Below are positions 51,330 through 60,688 of a stretch of DNA of 64,000 nucleotides, piece after piece. The position numbers and the translations under genes were made by a program. This DNA comes from an uncultured delta proteobacterium (lineage in GTDB: Bacteria > Desulfobacterota > WTBG01). Below the pieces are notes generated by a model that searched no databases, was not told the origin of the DNA, and was given only the letters and a program-made list of their open reading frames with translations. The stretch spans positions 32,001 through 96,000 of the forward strand of contig CAWCBP010000014.1 of the NCBI GenBank assembly GCA_963793865.1, in the 5' to 3' direction. How positions within the stretch are numbered: position 1 is the stretch's first letter; every line of letters starts with the position of its first letter.

Positions 51330-52772
51330 ATGAAACCGGCATACACATTTTTTACCATCCTGGTCATAGCCTTCTTTTCATTTTCCTGCGCGACCAATCC
51401 GGTAACCGGCAGAACGGAGTTCATGCTCTTAAGCGAGCAGGATGAAATTGCCATGGGTCGGAGCACCGATCCCCAGGTCGTTCAAACCTACGGAATTTAC
51501 CAAAACGCGAGTTTAGGATCGTACATTGGAACGATGGGGAGAAACATGGGGCGCATTTCGCACCGGCCGCAGCTTACCTATGAGTTCAAAGTGATGGATT
51601 CCCCCGTGATCAATGCCTTTGCCGTTCCCGGCGGCTATGTCTACCTGACGCGAGGCATCCTGGCCTACTTGAACAGCGAAGCGGAAATGGCAGGGGTTAT
51701 AGGACATGAAATAGGGCATATTACCGCCCGCCATTCTGCGCAGCAGTACAGCAAGGTACAGATGGCCCAGCTGGGTCTGGGGCTGGGCTCCATTTTGTCA
51801 CCGACCTTCGCCGATTTTGCAGGTCTGGCCGCGCAGGGCATAGGGGTGCTCTTCTTAAAGTTCAGCCGTGATAATGAGCGGGAGGCCGATAGCCTCGGTG
51901 TGGAATATTCATCAAAAGTGGGCTATGATGCCCGTGAAATGACTCGTTTTTTCAACACCCTCAACAGCATGGAGGAAAACAAACAGGCGGGCCTTCCTGA
52001 TTTTCTCTCCACCCACCCCAACCCCGAAAACCGTGTTGGTGCCATAATGGCATCGGCACAGCAGTGGCAGACGCAGCTTAACCTCACCAATCCCAAAATC
52101 AACCGCAGCACCTATTTGAGCAAAATCGACGGGATTGTTTTCGGGGAGGATCCGAGGCAGGGCTTCGTGGAGAACAGCCGGTTTTATCATCCGCAACTGA
52201 AGTTCATGTTCCCTGTACCGGCGGGCTGGAAGCTTGAAAATCTGCCCGCGCAGGTCCAGATTATCTCCGGCGATGAGCAGGCGGCGATACTCTTTAACAT
52301 GGGTTCAGAGGCGACGCCCGCGGCGGAAGCGCGCAAATTCCTGACGGAAAGCAGGGCAGCAGTTGTTTCTCAGACAGAGACCAGCGTCAACGGCTTTAAA
52401 ACTCTTGTGCTCGCCAGCAATGTGGCCTCCCAGTCAGGCAAGCTCGCGGTGTTGTCTTATTTTATCAGCAAGGATTCTTCTGTTTTTGTTTTTCACGGAT
52501 TTACTGCGGAGGGAAATTTTACTGCCCGCCAGCGGGACTTTCAGCAAACCATGAACGGATTCCAGGCGCTCCGTGATGCCGGCAAGCTCTCTGTGCAGCC
52601 GGACCGGATCAAAGTCAGGACAGTTAACCGGCGCATGACGCTGCGCCAGGCGCTCAGGGAGATGGGCACGCCGGAGGCTGATTTGAAAAAGCTGGCGCTG
52701 ATTAACGGCAAGGCGCTGACCGATGAAGTGCCGGCCAACAGCCAGCTCAAGGTGATCGTAAAGGGGCGCTAG
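51330..52772 (+). CDS. M48 metalloprotease lipoprotein
   Basis: CATNPVTG, NAFAVPGG, HEIGH, FLSTHP. Confidence 0.9.
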   Translation: MKPAYTFFTILVIAFFSFSCATNPVTGRTEFMLLSEQDEIAMGRSTDPQVVQTYGIYQNASLGSYIGTMGRNMGRISHRPQLTYEFKVMDSPVINAFAVPGGYVYLTRGILAYLNSEAEMAGVIGHEIGHITARHSAQQYSKVQMAQLGLGLGSILSPTFADFAGLAAQGIGVLFLKFSRDNEREADSLGVEYSSKVGYDAREMTRFFNTLNSMEENKQAGLPDFLSTHPNPENRVGAIMASAQQWQTQLNLTNPKINRSTYLSKIDGIVFGEDPRQGFVENSRFYHPQLKFMFPVPAGWKLENLPAQVQIISGDEQAAILFNMGSEATPAAEARKFLTESRAAVVSQTETSVNGFKTLVLASNVASQSGKLAVLSYFISKDSSVFVFHGFTAEGNFTARQRDFQQTMNGFQALRDAGKLSVQPDRIKVRTVNRRMTLRQALREMGTPEADLKKLALINGKALTDEVPANSQLKVIVKGR

Positions 52773-52821
52773 CCAGGATTGCAGGTCATCTCATTTTTTT
52801 AAATCGTGAAAGGAAGAAGCC

Positions 52822-53307
52822 ATGAAGACACGGAGCAATGTTCGGGAGCTGTCACGGGATGAAATTGATGCTTTCTTGAGGAGCCAGAGGGTTGGAACGC
52901 TTTCAATGAATGACGGGGTGAACTCATACGCGGTGCCGCTTGCCTATTTCTATGACGGCGAACAGATCTATTTAACCATTGGCGGCGAGGGCCGGAAAAT
53001 GGGCTATATAAAAAAGAACCGGAATGTTTGTTTTGTGGTGTGCTGGACCCCGGAAAATTTCGGGCTGCAGAACATGTCCTGGAAATCGGTGATCCTCGAC
53101 GGCATGATTGAGCATGTCACCGATCCCGATGGAATCAGGAAGGCGGTGCAAACGGGCGAAAAGCATCTGGGCATGCCTGGCGGATCCTGGGACAAGGTGC
53201 TTGAAATGACACTGAAAAAACCCGAGGCTTCAAATTTCTGGAAGATAAAGCCTACACAAGTTGGCGGAAAGGGCGTTGAGGGTTTTAAAGAGGAATTTAT
53301 TGAATAG
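52822..53307 (+). CDS. Pyridoxamine 5'-phosphate oxidase-like flavin-binding protein
   Basis: YAVPLAY, GRKM..I..N.NVCF, WKSVI. Confidence 0.8.
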   Translation: MKTRSNVRELSRDEIDAFLRSQRVGTLSMNDGVNSYAVPLAYFYDGEQIYLTIGGEGRKMGYIKKNRNVCFVVCWTPENFGLQNMSWKSVILDGMIEHVTDPDGIRKAVQTGEKHLGMPGGSWDKVLEMTLKKPEASNFWKIKPTQVGGKGVEGFKEEFIE

Positions 53308-53355
53308 GGGGCAAATAGTTTATTCGGATTCACAAACAAGAAAGGGGGGAAAGCC

Positions 53356-53808
53356 ATGGGAAAAAATCTATCGTTCAAAGTACTTCAACTATGTTTGGCA
53401 GTATTTTTGTTTTGTTGTCTGACGGGTTGCGGAGTGGATGTTTATGTTGATAATCAAACAATGGATAATATAAATATCAGATCAATTCATGTCATGAAGG
53501 GCGAGAAAGCAAAATTATGCACTATAGTACCCGGCAATACCAATGCTTATAATATACGAAGGAGTTACGGGGCTGTTGCATATCTTACAATAACCTGTCC
53601 GGAAGATCTCGACGTAAGCCTGATACAGCAGGATACCATTGTTATTACCGAACCACAGTTGAATGTTATGCAGGCAGGAGCTGGGGAGCTTATAGTCAGT
53701 ATCGAAAACCTGATGAGCCCCACGGGGGAATCTGGTGACATGCCAGTTGAAGACCTTTCAGAAGATGCTGAGGAGGAGCCTGCCGAAGACCTGATGAACG
53801 AATCATGA
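53356..53808 (+). CDS. Hypothetical lipoprotein
   Basis: Lipobox LTGC; acidic tail. Confidence 0.65.
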   Translation: MGKNLSFKVLQLCLAVFLFCCLTGCGVDVYVDNQTMDNINIRSIHVMKGEKAKLCTIVPGNTNAYNIRRSYGAVAYLTITCPEDLDVSLIQQDTIVITEPQLNVMQAGAGELIVSIENLMSPTGESGDMPVEDLSEDAEEEPAEDLMNES

Positions 53809-53929
53809 AACCGGCCTCGCTGAAACGGAGAGCACGTGCGGCTCAACGTGCTGAAACATATTTAACAGGTTAGAATTTACCGAAACCGGGGAGCACTAAC
53901 AAAGACAGTAACCATTACAGGAGGAGAAC

Positions 53930-54457
53930 ATGCCAGGCATAGAATTCGATTTTGCAGAACAATCAGCAAATCTGGAACCGGCGGTGCGGATGCTGTATCA
54001 GACCTATACCGATGTTCTTCCCTATCCGCATAAATTCAACGATGCGCTCCTGAAAGCCCACCTCCAGGGACTTGATTTTGCCATCAAGCATAACCTGTGG
54101 AAGGAAAAGGTGGAGCATGAGGCTTACATCCTGGGCCCTATTCTGGAAATGATCGGCGGCTGGGTGCAGGAGCAGGGCCCGGAAAAGGGATTGTGGGGCA
54201 TCTTTGAGGCAAACTCATGCCACTATCAGCAGTTTGAAAAGATTGAGGTGCGGCCCGGAGAGCGCCTGCTGCAGTGCCCCTACAAGGAAATGCTGGAAAT
54301 CGTGGGCTCTCTGGGAACGTTCAGTATTACCTGGGAGGATGTTCATCACAAGTGGTGCATACCCCTGTGGAAGGAATTTGCCAAAAAGGTGGGCATAGAA
54401 ATCGAAGTTACTCCCGGTGAGACCTGCAGGGTGGCATTGAAGAATATGGTGATGTGA
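53930..54457 (+). CDS. Hypothetical protein
   Basis: GGAGG RBS; 175 aa; SCHY, CPY, WCIP, TC motifs. Confidence 0.7.
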   Translation: MPGIEFDFAEQSANLEPAVRMLYQTYTDVLPYPHKFNDALLKAHLQGLDFAIKHNLWKEKVEHEAYILGPILEMIGGWVQEQGPEKGLWGIFEANSCHYQQFEKIEVRPGERLLQCPYKEMLEIVGSLGTFSITWEDVHHKWCIPLWKEFAKKVGIEIEVTPGETCRVALKNMVM

Positions 54458-54519
54458 GATCTGTGATATGGGATGAAAAATTGTTTTGGCTCCCATCACA
54501 AATCGCATATCCCAAATCT
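54449..54519. repeat. Inverted heptamer arrays (GAGATC/GATATG type)
   Basis: tgtgagatctgtgatatgggatg pairs with cccatcacaaatcgcatatcccaaatc; same type as ~903. Confidence 0.65.
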
Positions 54520-54559
54520 AGAGCATTTCGTGCTTCGAATTTATCCTGGGAGGTCTTGG

Positions 54560-54709
54560 ATGGTACGGCCGAGCCCGAAAGATTTTTTGGCAAATCTTCG
54601 CATCAGAATGCCCTGGGGCGACAAGATACGCCTCATCATACGGAACAATTTCATCAAGATTAAAACGCGGCAGAACTGCTGCGGCCACCCCGGCGAACCG
54701 GGCTGCTGA
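54560..54709 (+). CDS. 49-aa protein ending CCGHPGEPGC
   Basis: GGGAGG RBS 6 nt before the ATG; Cys/His-rich C-terminus. Confidence 0.65.
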   Translation: MVRPSPKDFLANLRIRMPWGDKIRLIIRNNFIKIKTRQNCCGHPGEPGC

Positions 54710-54761
54710 ACATCAAAGCCCAAAAGTCCCGGTGGGACGAAGTGAAGAGTATGTGAATATT

Positions 54762-55013
54762 TCAGACAAGGGGAGCATATACCGCTGGATCGATGACCAC
54801 ATCTGGCATTTCAGCGGGGAAGGCATCCATGTATGTCTGCGTTAACGCGTCTCTTTCTGCGGCAGCAGTGTAAGCAAGCGTCCTGTATAGGCCGCCTACC
54901 AGGAAGAGGGTGAGCCCAATCGCCACAAGCAGTCTGAATAGCAGCATCGTGATGTGCGCATAATCTACATGGTCCCTCAGATACTCAATTGGATGAATGG
55001 ATAACGTTGTCAT
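54762..55013 (-). CDS. Small membrane protein
   Basis: GGAGG RBS; one TM helix. Confidence 0.5.
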   Translation of the reverse strand: MTTLSIHPIEYLRDHVDYAHITMLLFRLLVAIGLTLFLVGGLYRTLAYTAAAERDALTQTYMDAFPAEMPDVVIDPAVYAPLV

Positions 55014-55264
55014 TGTGCTTCCTCCCTTCACATGATGCTGCTTTTAACGGCTTGCCTCCCTGTTTCCTTGATTTTACATTACGGCCGATCCCGATGAAAT
55101 TCAATCGGGGAATCCCTGTTTTTCGGCTTCGAATAACCTGATTTTTGCCAACGAAAAAGCCCCTTAACCTGCCGGTGGTCAAGGAGCTATTGCATGTGGT
55201 ACAGATTTCCCTGTGTATTCTGCTATCCTTGCATTTTTTTGAGGACCTTTTATTATCCCTTTGC

Positions 55265-55888
55265 TTAGGGTTCATGCCTGGTGAGGGTCATGGTGAATGT
55301 CACCTTATTGGGAACGTGCATGAATGTTTTTACCAATCCGATATTCGGCGCCACATATGATATTCCTTCACTCTGTGCGCCTTTCCAATCACCCTCTTCA
55401 TATATCGTCCTGTAGGAAAATTTATAGCAATTTTCATACGTTTTGCCGTGCAAAGACAGCGTTTCCTTTCCCGCCATAGTGGCTTCGGTGGTTGTCCGAA
55501 CCGGCACATATGATGTATAGGTGTACGTTTGCCCAGCCTTATAGATTAAGGGCATGACAAGCTGCTCCGGCTTATCTTTGTGTTGGGCGGTTATGCCGAA
55601 CAAACCCTCGTTCGCTTTTCTATCGTAGCTTACCAGTTGTTCTGAACCCCCATCCTTGGAAGAATACCGCTTCAGGTATTTCTTTCCGTTTACTATTTCC
55701 TCGCCGTCATATCGGGTTGTCACACTTCCCTGCCTGCAGTTGCCTTCTATGCATGTTTCGGTAATGTATTCCCATTTCATGCCGTCAGCACAGGGAAGAT
55801 AATCCTCCCCCCTCTGTTGAATGCATGCCGGCCAAGAGAAGAAGATGGCTAAAAGAAACAGAGTCAGCAATGGACATGCTTTTTTCAT
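55265..55888 (-). CDS. Exported beta-rich hypothetical protein
   Basis: Signal peptide; YLP...G.KWEY, GKTYENC, YVAPNIGLVK. Confidence 0.7.
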   Translation of the reverse strand: MKKACPLLTLFLLAIFFSWPACIQQRGEDYLPCADGMKWEYITETCIEGNCRQGSVTTRYDGEEIVNGKKYLKRYSSKDGGSEQLVSYDRKANEGLFGITAQHKDKPEQLVMPLIYKAGQTYTYTSYVPVRTTTEATMAGKETLSLHGKTYENCYKFSYRTIYEEGDWKGAQSEGISYVAPNIGLVKTFMHVPNKVTFTMTLTRHEP

Positions 55889-56056
55889 ATGACCCTTTAA
55901 GCGGTTCGCAATACCCGGCACAAGAAAGCAAACAACCCTCTGTATGCCAACCGGTATGTCAGGCAGATAATCGCATGAACCACGGTTGTTAATGGCCAAT
56001 CAACTTCACAATTGCTTAAATAATATATCTTGACCTTGTGTGGAAATGCGAAGTCT

Positions 56057-57163
56057 TCACGTCCGGGCATGGGGTGATAGCAGGCAGAAACTCTGGGGAC
56101 GCAGATGGATATAGGTTTCTTGCCCCTCGGTCAGTTCAAAACCCTTGCCGATTCTATAATGCACAGTGGCATCAAGTGTAGTTGTTTTTGCCTCTGAAAA
56201 AGCAAGCCGGACCAGTCGCCTGCTTCCGAGGTTATACAGCGCTTCAACCCGGACACGATAAGCATTGTGCCGCAGTTCCGGTTTCATGGGTTTGGCGGGT
56301 GAAACAAAAACAATTTCCTCGGGCCTTATTCCGAGCTTGATTCGGTCGCCGACCTGAAGCGGTTTGTTGTTCATCACTTCAAAGGTAATGTCACCTGCGG
56401 CACAGATAATGCTCGATCGCTGATGATCAACAGAGATAACCTGTGCTTCAAAAATATTCTGCATGAGCAGGAAGCTTGCCACCGTCTCATTGGACGGTGC
56501 ATGGTAGCATTTTTCAGGGCGATCATGCTGCTCAATGGAACCATTTATCATGACCGCCACATTGTCTGCCATAAGAAAGGCTTCCTCCTGGTCATGGGTA
56601 ATATGGAAAATAGTCATGCCGATGGCTTTCTGCAGCCGCTTGAGCTGAAACTGGACTTCGCGCCTGTTCAGGGAATCCAGCGCTGAAAAGGGTTCGTCCA
56701 GGAAAAGAACGCGCGGCTTGGTTATGATGGCCCGGGCGAATGCCACGCGCTGTTTTTCCCCGCCACTGAGGGTGCTTATCGTCGGCCGGGAAATGATGGG
56801 GCTCAAATTTAAGTGATCAGTGAGATACGAGAGGCGTTTTTCAATGGTTTGATGGTCAATGCGCCGGATGCGGGCGCCAAAAAGGATGTTCTCAAGAGGA
56901 CTCATATGGGGGAACAGCCCGAGATCCTGGGGTACATAGGCTATGTCACGACTCTCCAGCGGCATGCAGGTGATATCGTGACCGTCAAGCAATATCCTGC
57001 CGGCATCCGGCTTTTTGATGCCGAGTATCGTTTCCAGCAACAGCGATTTGCCGGCACCGGTTGGCCCCAGCAGCATAAAAAATTCGCCCTGCTTGATGGT
57101 CAGGGTAATATTCCTGAGCCGGAATGAGCCGAATCGCGCTGACAGGTTTTCAATTTTGATCAT
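56057..57163 (-). CDS. Molybdate/tungstate ABC ATP-binding protein with TOBE domain
   Basis: GPTGAGKS, LSGGEKQR, DEPFSALD; operonic with permease and binding protein. Confidence 0.85.
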   Translation of the reverse strand: MIKIENLSARFGSFRLRNITLTIKQGEFFMLLGPTGAGKSLLLETILGIKKPDAGRILLDGHDITCMPLESRDIAYVPQDLGLFPHMSPLENILFGARIRRIDHQTIEKRLSYLTDHLNLSPIISRPTISTLSGGEKQRVAFARAIITKPRVLFLDEPFSALDSLNRREVQFQLKRLQKAIGMTIFHITHDQEEAFLMADNVAVMINGSIEQHDRPEKCYHAPSNETVASFLLMQNIFEAQVISVDHQRSSIICAAGDITFEVMNNKPLQVGDRIKLGIRPEEIVFVSPAKPMKPELRHNAYRVRVEALYNLGSRRLVRLAFSEAKTTTLDATVHYRIGKGFELTEGQETYIHLRPQSFCLLSPHART

Positions 57164-57954
57164 GTTCTGCGCGGGCCTCCCCCGGCGGCAATAAACCTTA
57201 CTGCCAGCAATACAGATACTGCCAGAAGCGTGGTGAGCAGCATCAGCGCCACCGCTTTATCAATATTAACCGAGGCCATGTTCAAATAAATGCTTACGGG
57301 CATGGTTTCTGTTTTGCCCTTGATGGCCCCGGCCATGGTCACCGCTGCTCCAAAATCCCCGAGGCACCGTGCCCAGGAAAGAATGAAAGCCGCCAGCACA
57401 CCTCTGCGGGCAATGGGCAGGGTGATTTTTCTGAACGACTGCCAGGGCGTGCATCCCAGAAACCGTGCAACCTGCTCACAGCGCACATCCACCGCCTCGA
57501 AGCTTGCCTTGAGCACTCGCACTGAAAGCGCCAGGGCAAGAAAAAACTGGGCCAGGATGATGCCCTGCACCTCAAAGACAAATTCCATAAGATTGGATTC
57601 GATCCAATGGCCGGCAGGAGTCCTGAAAAAGAGCAGCAGCGCCGTTCCCAGGGCCAGGGGCGACATGATGATTGGGACATCGAGAAGCGCATCCAGCAAT
57701 CCCTTGCCCGGCAGGTTGGCGCGCGCAAGAAAATAGGCGGCGGGTATTGCCAGAGCGAGACCAAGAACAGCCGCGGCAGTCGCCGTATAAAGACTCAACA
57801 TGATTGCGCTGCGCACATCGGGCTGACCAAGCTGCAGCAGCGGGTGTGCCGGGCCGATATAATAAAGCTGGGAGGCCAGAATCACCATCACCAGGGCCGC
57901 AGCCAGACTAACAGCGATAATGACGCAGATGGTAAAAGGGTTTTTTATCGCCAC
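57160..57954 (-). CDS. Molybdate/tungstate ABC permease (ModB-like)
   Basis: DVP..SPLALG.ALL, WARCLGDFGA. Confidence 0.85.
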   Translation of the reverse strand: MAIKNPFTICVIIAVSLAAALVMVILASQLYYIGPAHPLLQLGQPDVRSAIMLSLYTATAAAVLGLALAIPAAYFLARANLPGKGLLDALLDVPIIMSPLALGTALLLFFRTPAGHWIESNLMEFVFEVQGIILAQFFLALALSVRVLKASFEAVDVRCEQVARFLGCTPWQSFRKITLPIARRGVLAAFILSWARCLGDFGAAVTMAGAIKGKTETMPVSIYLNMASVNIDKAVALMLLTTLLAVSVLLAVRFIAAGGGPRRT

Positions 57955-58811
57955 CGCTCAGGTATCTCCCACACGCCACCAACCGGAGTTGAAGGCAAAA
58001 CATATTTTTTCGCTTCGCTTTCAGTGACCAGATACCCCCATTTCTTCAATATTGTCCTGCCTGCGTCAGATTTGAGGAACGCTATAAACTGCCGTGCCGC
58101 ATCCGGGTTCCTGCAGACGCTGCTCAGGGCAATAGGGATGTAGCCGATACGGGGGATTTCCTGCGGCTTGAGCATAATTGTCTCGATCTTATCGGGATTC
58201 CAGTTTGAAAAAACGCTCCAGCCAAGAACGGCATCCACCATGCCCAATGCCGCCAGCTGGGCCACTCTTTCGCAGGACTCTGCATGTACCTTAATGTTGG
58301 GCTTCACCAGTTCGGCCATGCCATTTTTCTCCAGAACTTCAACTGCATACAGACCGACGCAGACCGTGTCAGGGCGCGCAATCCCCACGCGCAATCCGGG
58401 TCTTGCAAGATCCTTGAGAGACAGTATCGCCGCAGGGTTTCCCTTGGGCACATTAATTGAGGGGATCACGTAGACAAGCCGCTCTTCAGTCTGTGACTGA
58501 ACCAGACCCTCTTTTTTTGCAAGCTCCATAAAATCCGACGAGCCGGGGAAATAGATGTCGCCCTTTCGGGACAACTTCATGTCCGCAAGCATTTTTCCGG
58601 ACCCGCCGAAGTGCAACAGCACGCGGATACCGGTTTTTTGCTCGAAGACTTGTGCCGCTTCCTCCGTAGCGGGCTTGGAAGCGGCACCTGCAAAGACCTC
58701 GATCACTTTCTGTTCATCAGCGGCGCGGGAGTTGGGAAGGTACCATTGCACGGCACAAAGCACTGATACCATACAAAAGACTGCCGGCCTCAAATGGATT
58801 CTATACCGCAT
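57945..58811 (-). CDS. modA: Molybdate/tungstate-binding protein
   Basis: FAGAAS, FGGSG.M, D.YFPGS, signal peptide. Confidence 0.8.
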   Translation of the reverse strand: MRYRIHLRPAVFCMVSVLCAVQWYLPNSRAADEQKVIEVFAGAASKPATEEAAQVFEQKTGIRVLLHFGGSGKMLADMKLSRKGDIYFPGSSDFMELAKKEGLVQSQTEERLVYVIPSINVPKGNPAAILSLKDLARPGLRVGIARPDTVCVGLYAVEVLEKNGMAELVKPNIKVHAESCERVAQLAALGMVDAVLGWSVFSNWNPDKIETIMLKPQEIPRIGYIPIALSSVCRNPDAARQFIAFLKSDAGRTILKKWGYLVTESEAKKYVLPSTPVGGVWEIPERWR

Positions 58812-58999
58812 AGAATTCTCCTATATATATGCGCAAATGTATTAAAAAAAACTATGGGAATCAAGCATTAAATATGGGGTGAAAAGGGTTGGGCGACTTT
58901 TTAGAAACCATTCCAATAAGCTTTTAGTCAAAAATGGGACAAAAACAAGCCATGGAAAATAAAAAGCACGAACACAATCGTGTCAGTGCTTGAATTCCC

Positions 59000-59076
59000 T
59001 GGTACGCCCGGGGCGATTCGAACGCCCGACCTGCGGATTCGAAGTCCGACGCTCTGTCCAGCTGAGCTACGGGCGC
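59000..59076 (-). tRNA. tRNA-Arg(UCG)
   Basis: Cloverleaf; anticodon loop CTTCGAA; GTTCGAATC T-arm; CCA end. Confidence 0.93.
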
Positions 59077-59077
59077 G

Positions 59078-59155
59078 TGGGGTGAGTGAAGGGGCTCGAA
59101 CCCTCAGCCTCTGGGGCCACAACCCAGTGCTCTAACCAATTGAGCTACACCCACC
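59078..59155 (-). tRNA. tRNA-His(GUG)
   Basis: Cloverleaf with encoded G-1; anticodon GTG; CCA end. Confidence 0.95.
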
Positions 59156-59241
59156 ACATCTTTTGTCATCGCATCTAATGACTCTTAAATATCATACACC
59201 TCCCGGGTTAGCAACTGTTATTTTCCGCTCAACAAGTCAGG

Positions 59242-59316
59242 GTAGTCGCAGGCTTAAGCCTGCGCTAACAGCAATCAGACCGTGCAGAAAAAGCGCAAGC
59301 TGAAGCTTGCGGCTAC
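59242..59316. repeat. GTAG-type REP doublet
   Basis: gtagtcgcaggcttaagcctgcg ... cgcaagctgaagcttgcggctac. Confidence 0.75.
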
Positions 59317-60578
59317 TCCTTGCTCCGGTGATCGGGAACTTTCTTGAGCAAATAGAGGCCGCCCAGGATGAAAAAGAGCAGGGAGAACAGGGCAATCCGG
59401 TATTTGAAGGTTCCAAGTCCTTCACAAAGATAAACAAGTGCCCCCCACACCAGCGGCCCCAGGATAAACCCGAATTTTCCTCCCATATTATAGAGGCCAT
59501 AGACCTCGCCGACCTTTTCAGGCGGCGAGAGATCGAGCACCAGGGCGCGCGCCGTGACCCAGGTGCCCCCCAGGGCGATCCCCACCAGCGGTCCTATGGT
59601 CCAGAACATCATGGGTGAAAAACTCACGCTTCCCACCACCAGGCAGGCCATCCACAGGTATAGCACCATGACCAGCGTACGCTTGGCCCCCATGCGCTCG
59701 GTAATCCAGCCGAAGGCGAGCGATCCCGCCACGGCAAAGAGGGTGGAGAGGATGAGCAGTACGCGGATCATGGCGTCACTGAAGCCGCCCACCCGGTGGG
59801 CATAGACGGACATAAATGCGATAACCGTGTTCACCGCGTCACAATACAGGAAATTGGCTATGAGAAAGGGGAGCAGTCCCGGGTGTTCCCTGGTGCTTGC
59901 TATCGATTCTTTAATCTGCAACAGTTCCTCCCGCAACGATCGCCATGCGACCCCGGGCATAGTGCGCCTTTCCTCCCTGACCAGGAAAAAACAGGGAAGG
60001 GAAAAGAGGAGAAAGAGCAGTGCGGTGGGGATAAATGCTGATGCACGCCCCGCTTCACTTACGAAAGGTTTTACCATCATGATGCCGGCAATGGCGCCCA
60101 CATAACCCAGGGCCACGCCCATGCCCGCAACCTTGCCGACGGAGTAGCCCCGGCTTACCGAGGGAAGCAGGGCATCGTAGGGAACGAGCGCCGCGTGAAA
60201 TCCATAGTTTGCCAGGGCAAAGAAAAGGAGTCCCGGCACAAGCTCATTGAAAACACCGATGAGCCCGGTGGAGACAACTGAAAGCAAGGTTAATAAAGTA
60301 AGCAGGGGGATTCGTCTTCCCAGCCGGTCGCATCGGGCGCCGATGAGGGGCATGGATATCGCCACCAGTACCGAGGAGAGCGAAAGTGCGAGGCTGTATA
60401 CAATATCTCTGCCCCCCTTGTCCACCGTGACCCAGAGGGGAAAGTAGAGCGAGATGATGTTCATGGAAAAAATGGTGTTGGCAAAATCGTAGAGAGACCA
60501 GGAGAGAATAGCCGGCCAGTTGGGACGGCGGGATGTTCTTGTCCGGTGGGAATCGACTGTTAATTGATCTGTTTTCAA
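59313..60578 (-). CDS. MFS transporter (ATG22/UMF1-like)
   Basis: SWSLYDFANT, ~12 TM helices, GEVYGLY. Confidence 0.88.
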   Translation of the reverse strand: MKTDQLTVDSHRTRTSRRPNWPAILSWSLYDFANTIFSMNIISLYFPLWVTVDKGGRDIVYSLALSLSSVLVAISMPLIGARCDRLGRRIPLLTLLTLLSVVSTGLIGVFNELVPGLLFFALANYGFHAALVPYDALLPSVSRGYSVGKVAGMGVALGYVGAIAGIMMVKPFVSEAGRASAFIPTALLFLLFSLPCFFLVREERRTMPGVAWRSLREELLQIKESIASTREHPGLLPFLIANFLYCDAVNTVIAFMSVYAHRVGGFSDAMIRVLLILSTLFAVAGSLAFGWITERMGAKRTLVMVLYLWMACLVVGSVSFSPMMFWTIGPLVGIALGGTWVTARALVLDLSPPEKVGEVYGLYNMGGKFGFILGPLVWGALVYLCEGLGTFKYRIALFSLLFFILGGLYLLKKVPDHRSKE

Positions 60579-60688
60579 TTATAGAAAATTCTGATTATTC
60601 TTTTGTCATTCCCCGAATTGATCGGAGAATCCATATTTTTGGAATCCCTGTGGCTCTGAAAGCCCCCTCCCCATGAGCCCCCCATTTT

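Noticed and set aside
858..54519. CRISPR array
   Set aside because: The repeats are 7-mers or dispersed palindromes with no regular repeat-spacer pattern, and there are no cas genes
58928..59122. Short ORFs overlapping tRNAs (also 61522-61896 and 62688-62893)
   Set aside because: Explained by the tRNA genes
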